Of a stretch of 64,000 nt of DNA, positions 61,501-64,000 are shown in pieces. The stretch spans positions 234,920,001 through 234,984,000 of the forward strand of contig CM097885.1 in assembly GCA_044892525.1 (NCBI GenBank), given 5' to 3'. A program made the position numbers and the translations under genes. The first letter of the stretch is position 1. Every line of letters begins with the position of its first letter. Origin of the DNA: Schmidtea polychroa. Lineage: Eukaryota. The notes beneath the pieces are model-generated. The model had not been told where the DNA came from, searched no databases, and saw only the letters and a program-made list of their open reading frames with translations.

Positions 61501-64000
61501 GGCTACTTTGACCCTGACACGCAAGCAATGAAGAAATACCCAAGCTGTCTCGCATCAGATCGATCATGTTCAACCGGAATGTCAACTCTGGTATACCACG
61601 CAGATCAGAAAGTATGTCGACTAATGTTACTCAAGACAGCAATATTCGAAGAAATCCAAGGGAAAGTGTACAGTGAACCAAAAGGAGAAGCAGAGAGACG
61701 AGCGATGGAAGAATTGAGAGCAAGGAAAGGATTCAGGGAAGACGTAATAACATCGAAATTGGAATCGGAAGTAACACCCACAGCGATAATCTCCAAAGAC
61801 GATGGAATAGGAATGAGGTTCATAAAGAACAAAATGGTGAGTAAATGCGATGAGATGGTGATCAGCACCAATTATAAAGGGATCTACTTGTCGCGGAGAA
61901 CCCTAGCAAATGCAGTCGGAAGACTAAGCGAAAAGGATGTCAAATTATATTTATACGCTAATAATAAGATGGATTTCTTATATCACAGAGGATTAACATC
62001 TACGGAAAAAGTCTATCATGATCTGTTAAGAAACGATTGCCTGCTCAACAAAGAAATATTGAGAACAAAATTAGCAATGGCGATTACAAATCCAGATAAC
62101 GCAATTCCACTACTACCATTACAGGAAGGATATTTCGGACGAATCGTGGGCGAAGTGATGTACACCTACCAATGCAAAAAGATAATGGCAAGATTGCCGG
62201 AAAACCCTACAATACCAAGGGATAAGTGTGCAAACGAACTCGAAATTATTCACGAAGGTAAACCCAGGTTTGTGCAAGCAGTCACTAGGATAATGAACCC
62301 GGTAGGGTTTCAGCCAAATCTGTTTAATTGCAGTAATGCATATGGGCCAATGTATGAAAAAGAAGACGGACAATGGGTTCAATTTCCAAGTAAAACAATC
62401 GTAGTGACACCCAAGAAATTTGGATTGACGGAACTAACAACAGAATTAGAGTTCAAGCCGATAGACGTATCACAGAGTGGATTATATACACCAAAAGATC
62501 TTGAATCAGCAAGGGCCCACATGTTATTCCCAGCACACAGACAAGCGATCCTATCAAATATAGTGACTATTTCTGGAGGAAATAATTATGGGGAGAGCCC
62601 AAATTACGAGCTATTATTATCACCAAGTCACTATCAACAAGCAACAGCAAACATGATGAAGGCTATGTGGGGTCGATTTTTGGTATTTGGCCAAATGATG
62701 GCAGGAATACTCGGAATTATTCTGATAATACAAATAGTCAGAGTAATACTAACCCAGATGCTAGCATGTTTTGACATCTATAAGCGCGAGAGAAAAGTAA
62801 ATTGGAAACTTGCAATTGGATTCTTACCGTTCTTAGCGAAAACAATGGTGTTGCATGGACACTCAAAGGATATTCATCGAATAAAAAGATTGTTGAAAAT
62901 ACTAACGCAAATGAAAGGGACAGACGAAGAAGTCGGACGTAAGTTCAAAGTGATAATGAGATTAGAAGCAGAAAGAACTCAAGAGAAAGCAAAAAGAACC
63001 GGGAAGTGGAAAAAGTGGATGAACCTCAGACGAGACGATGATAGTGACAACGACAATGATGATTTCAACGACGATGATAATAACCAAGGAGGAGCAATGT
63101 TGATAAATAAAAATACAGCCACTTGGGAAAACGAAAAAATGAAACCATGGGGATCACCGTATTCACAGACCCCATATTTACAAGCACCAACTAATGGACC
63201 AATGCGACGACCAGGAACAATGAGAGAACGGATAAGAATGGGAACCGGAAGATTACCCATACCGAACATTTATCCAACAGCTTATGAACCAAATTGGGCA
63301 GCAATGGATCCAACGATGATCAAACAGGCTAAAAGTGTAGAACAAGAAGTGGAGACACGAACGATTGCGGTATTGCAGACACCAGCCGGACCATCATTAA
63401 CCATCACGGTCGAAGTAAACGGAATAGAAATGGATGCAATGATCGATACCGGAGCAAATATTTCGGCAATAAATATGAATATGCTACCAGGCAGACTATG
63501 GCCATGCATTGAAGAGACAACCATGGATGTAATAACATGCAGCAAACAATCCATAGCGGTGGTAGGAAGAGTATGGTCAACGATTGAATATAAAGGGGTT
63601 AAAGTTACAACGTACCTCGCAGTCATTAGACAGCTAAGCGTATCATGTATAATTGGAACAGATGTAATGCCGGAATTATTGAAAGAAATTGTGATTGATT
63701 TGAGTTCCATGAAATTAAAAGATAAAACTGGACAGATATGCACAATGAGAACAGAAGTGAGATGCTCCGAAAAAATGATAATACCAGCACGTACCCAGAC
63801 AATATGTTATGTCAAGGTCGATAACGAAGCCAAAGGAGATATGATATTTGAACCAAGTCAAAAATTCGAGAAGAGAAGGGAGCTGCCATTGGCAAGAGAA
63901 ATTGTCAGTATAAATGAGGATAACGAGATACCCATCAATATCACCAATTTTGATGAGGAAGATAAAGTAATCTACGAAAACGAGAGACTTGGAAAACTCA
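55597..64000 (+). CDS. Giant single polyprotein: Gag(CA,3xCCHC)-UBL-UBL/SUMO-MATH-UBL-AT hook-Bcl2-like-Env-protease-dUTPase-like (3' partial)
   Basis: Manual translation of frame 1 shows no stop from 55288 to 63999; first ATG at 55597. Motifs: W...LYLKGSAQ, CNICQRPGHWSNEC, FTWKIE..SPPFY..YPNGDG..PWPF, LEQGGWRSF, VYDC..HCG..SH, IDTGA, IIGTD. Confidence 0.95.
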   Translation, partial: MTDGIPHVTGLTDPPETSNVHVNIGEFREKFRGEPFDGNINQLETFIKEFEVYITICHWPDIVVRERIPLYLKGSAQDVYLEAKCDATKLRTWKEIKEFLIKTFGTEKEGNRKMLDFLHRKQKYNESNALYACELRRLAREAFDSNQPVPEDKIIAVFVDGMKREDIRATLGCRAPETLEEALKIANKCETYLTPIQVAAMTAAPAAPATTATTTNNQVNNANPVMNQFIPGSQQLFKTPQTRNQNNGGNIQNFTNNFRNNDINNRTCNICQRPGHWSNECYKARMCQKCGRRGHTENVCRGPMMSMSRGGTRTCYNCNQPGHMARECTMRTKPNQPGSNNPVQNTQINLMQEIEQLKDMILRIPTNNQQQRINMMQSTEEIRNQPSKQQQDQQRVEWQRLQNEEAREIQERWKQREANPGRINMMRLTNKEESHTAEQCVNNDGSEPIINKEIKTTKEDEIDPRTELSSEEKIQLIKEFTKEEKERRQKRDESKDEPKSNEIITKNRIQRVLLQKIEDRIKNENPTLTEEQIKEKVKEHWFRKNEWFEKKEPHTKAKINMLRQMRSDQTDQDDEKSEVSSLGGELFQSSEENNEPKTPPNSETPQSSEESENDDMKSMIEKDEEEIFEEILDTVTEIERNESYINELTYRKCLKLITQVYQCEGGIITAAWKDLATKYKEKLKEAGPDQYQVSIQHPEIQIQTIELKGTNTDELYNWVQEKMGTSHKNKQLYADGYKVKMGIHLVDAMIWPNETNILTLEKTRDDDSVAEMFKKIQQVFNNEVEPELEKIERKIMKENQIILVKQAIDQTRKYINRLRERWPQLMKQFVKDVRDTEIMRFEDKRATELISKYGEYERTKCEHETIKIKVKLPNEEKQIIEVNPDCQVDELVQIIDQEIIQKARENSEDGMIEDVIIMYNRHILERGDRTVIYELGIWEDGAVINIIAMDEPSGGHKNATKTDQQIKRFQWGMRAKMDRIIDIYNHWLKDDKLKLTPFNDEDCKLIPWKKVWIESEARWDWEQQKLEPNWIDNIPEEIAAVWVREKPIDTYQDILPQEFQNELPSGEDEEIREPVRLAPFTWKIENWMEKIKSAKEEKITRLVSPPFYSGLGEYKMKLRIYPNGDGIGKGNYVSAFFAICKGNYDDKVPWPFSRKVTIAIEPLKDSLNMHGETLKSDPRSACYQRPTTSENIASGTPKLIRLSYIENEQSKFVKNNAIQIRVEVETEQEMNQRLNIPENQPRICMMRRRVSDSGHLPIDADADEEEAATLLEAQKCKELMEILQNGAKNRRRAVVELAKWIAESCKRIQNLRKIVKAIEEYRRVYVWYPEQFGEIIREWKQQEWAENSPEKYQLKIFMPDFEPMEKEFYTTAKVREVKKRIPYELPFHLQHEGRSLDDDIEIGVTPLQGEIVNRLTVSKIVGRELRRREIKQKSSTQQPGSLDTPEVPNAVSEVTIETTGEDEILDELQEIVEAGEIMRASQSGDLFIDEGEPTTDDLDGFVCAQRQPVETTEAETDLDNVERGANKDVTTTDEWSNWRVDPGATTSKDTTYNPPKRKETGTAMDRRTRGRPKTDKAEIEPKSKVQAQMEQVKTKMDKLSALVKQVKVKTSVREQGTRWINDLLANMLALANPDVKRVMRKDNIPTEAKQLWAVLKPIIMKIMDNKIRLTLKDPVELRLIVEHLLSRSEDQNRFLVGLAYLVYNVIGQYKKRMPKYNATGYEFTVTEIIKRSIEPYILEQGGWRSFIESTGKKDQTEMMQAKLRDLLTEFEGTININDPRASRKGMNAIITTILIWMMCIKGTESFAVYDCDNIKIHEKYSLKDTEDCKAANPRKLQTVMASVSYNVYQEADFIKTMVQECTITRKIFAHHCGSSSHSTIIEPGLESTVILLSREECEEGFRSGRIHLRQGIEIAAEPGKIKTTRVYTAGRITKGDGTCETGTYTLNGQLVSGVVVIESYEAKLEKYQGYFDPDTQAMKKYPSCLASDRSCSTGMSTLVYHADQKVCRLMLLKTAIFEEIQGKVYSEPKGEAERRAMEELRARKGFREDVITSKLESEVTPTAIISKDDGIGMRFIKNKMVSKCDEMVISTNYKGIYLSRRTLANAVGRLSEKDVKLYLYANNKMDFLYHRGLTSTEKVYHDLLRNDCLLNKEILRTKLAMAITNPDNAIPLLPLQEGYFGRIVGEVMYTYQCKKIMARLPENPTIPRDKCANELEIIHEGKPRFVQAVTRIMNPVGFQPNLFNCSNAYGPMYEKEDGQWVQFPSKTIVVTPKKFGLTELTTELEFKPIDVSQSGLYTPKDLESARAHMLFPAHRQAILSNIVTISGGNNYGESPNYELLLSPSHYQQATANMMKAMWGRFLVFGQMMAGILGIILIIQIVRVILTQMLACFDIYKRERKVNWKLAIGFLPFLAKTMVLHGHSKDIHRIKRLLKILTQMKGTDEEVGRKFKVIMRLEAERTQEKAKRTGKWKKWMNLRRDDDSDNDNDDFNDDDNNQGGAMLINKNTATWENEKMKPWGSPYSQTPYLQAPTNGPMRRPGTMRERIRMGTGRLPIPNIYPTAYEPNWAAMDPTMIKQAKSVEQEVETRTIAVLQTPAGPSLTITVEVNGIEMDAMIDTGANISAINMNMLPGRLWPCIEETTMDVITCSKQSIAVVGRVWSTIEYKGVKVTTYLAVIRQLSVSCIIGTDVMPELLKEIVIDLSSMKLKDKTGQICTMRTEVRCSEKMIIPARTQTICYVKVDNEAKGDMIFEPSQKFEKRRELPLAREIVSINEDNEIPINITNFDEEDKVIYENERLGKL
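56398..56580 (+). other. Three CCHC zinc knuckles (nucleocapsid)
   Basis: CNICQRPGHWSNEC, CQKCGRRGHTENVC, CYNCNQPGHMAREC. Confidence 0.95.
58834..59271 (+). other. TRAF-C/MATH domain within the polyprotein
   Basis: FTWKIEN, SPPFYS, YKMKLRIYPNGDGIGKG, KGNYD..PWPF, YQRP...NIASG, FVKNN. Confidence 0.93.
61012..62850 (+). other. Envelope glycoprotein-like domain (chuvirus G / class III-like) within the polyprotein
   Basis: Preceded by a signal-like hydrophobic stretch; Cys-rich ectodomain, GLYT motif and TM helix ~62668-62770. Confidence 0.8.
63397..63710 (+). other. Retropepsin aspartic protease domain
   Basis: AMIDTGANIS (DTG 63445-63453) and CIIGTD. Confidence 0.95.

Larger units (their letters stand above)
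47385..64000 (+). mobile_element. Giant gypsy-type LTR retrotransposon / putative endogenous virus, copy B (continues off the right edge)
   Basis: LTR, PBS, long leader, then gag...protease polyprotein open to the window end. Confidence 0.95.

Noticed and set aside
54943..63743. Many minus-strand ORFs over the polyprotein
   Set aside because: Antisense shadows of the long A-rich plus-strand ORF.

Overview
Very AT-rich eukaryotic (animal) DNA made almost entirely of nested mobile elements. I could not support any intact host gene. (1) Two copies of one giant Ty3/gypsy-type LTR retrotransposon point away from each other: copy A is 1-8269 (- strand, 5' part only) and copy B is 47385 to >64000 (+ strand). 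Each has a 4.3-4.8 kb LTR containing two ORFs, a tRNA-Pro primer-binding site and an IAP-type RING ORF in the leader. Copy B also has one uninterrupted polyprotein ORF of at least 2801 codons (55597 to the window end). It is absent from the ORF track, presumably because no stop falls in the window. By manual translation its order is capsid, 3 CCHC knuckles, two ubiquitin/SUMO-like domains, a TRAF-type MATH domain, a third ubiquitin-like domain, an AT-hook, a Bcl-2-like domain, a chuvirus-G/herpes-gB-like envelope glycoprotein, an aspartic protease and a dUTPase-like segment. Size and AT content resemble the planarian 'Burro' giant retroelements (inference). (2) A ~15.3 kb Polinton/Maverick (adintovirus-like) element (25735-41082) has ~0.95 kb TIRs and a full gene set: pPolB, major and minor capsid, cysteine protease, ATPase, a pX-like protein and a PLA2-integrase fusion. 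It also carries four tRNA-like Pol III units and a few inactivating lesions. It sits against an older decayed pPolB gene; a related pPolB fragment upstream appears to contain a 42-nt spliceosomal intron. (3) The rest is hAT, piggyBac and Tc1/pogo-type elements, gypsy fragments, microsatellites, a 283-bp palindrome and a dense AP-1 site cluster. All domain calls come from motif recognition by eye; no searches were run.
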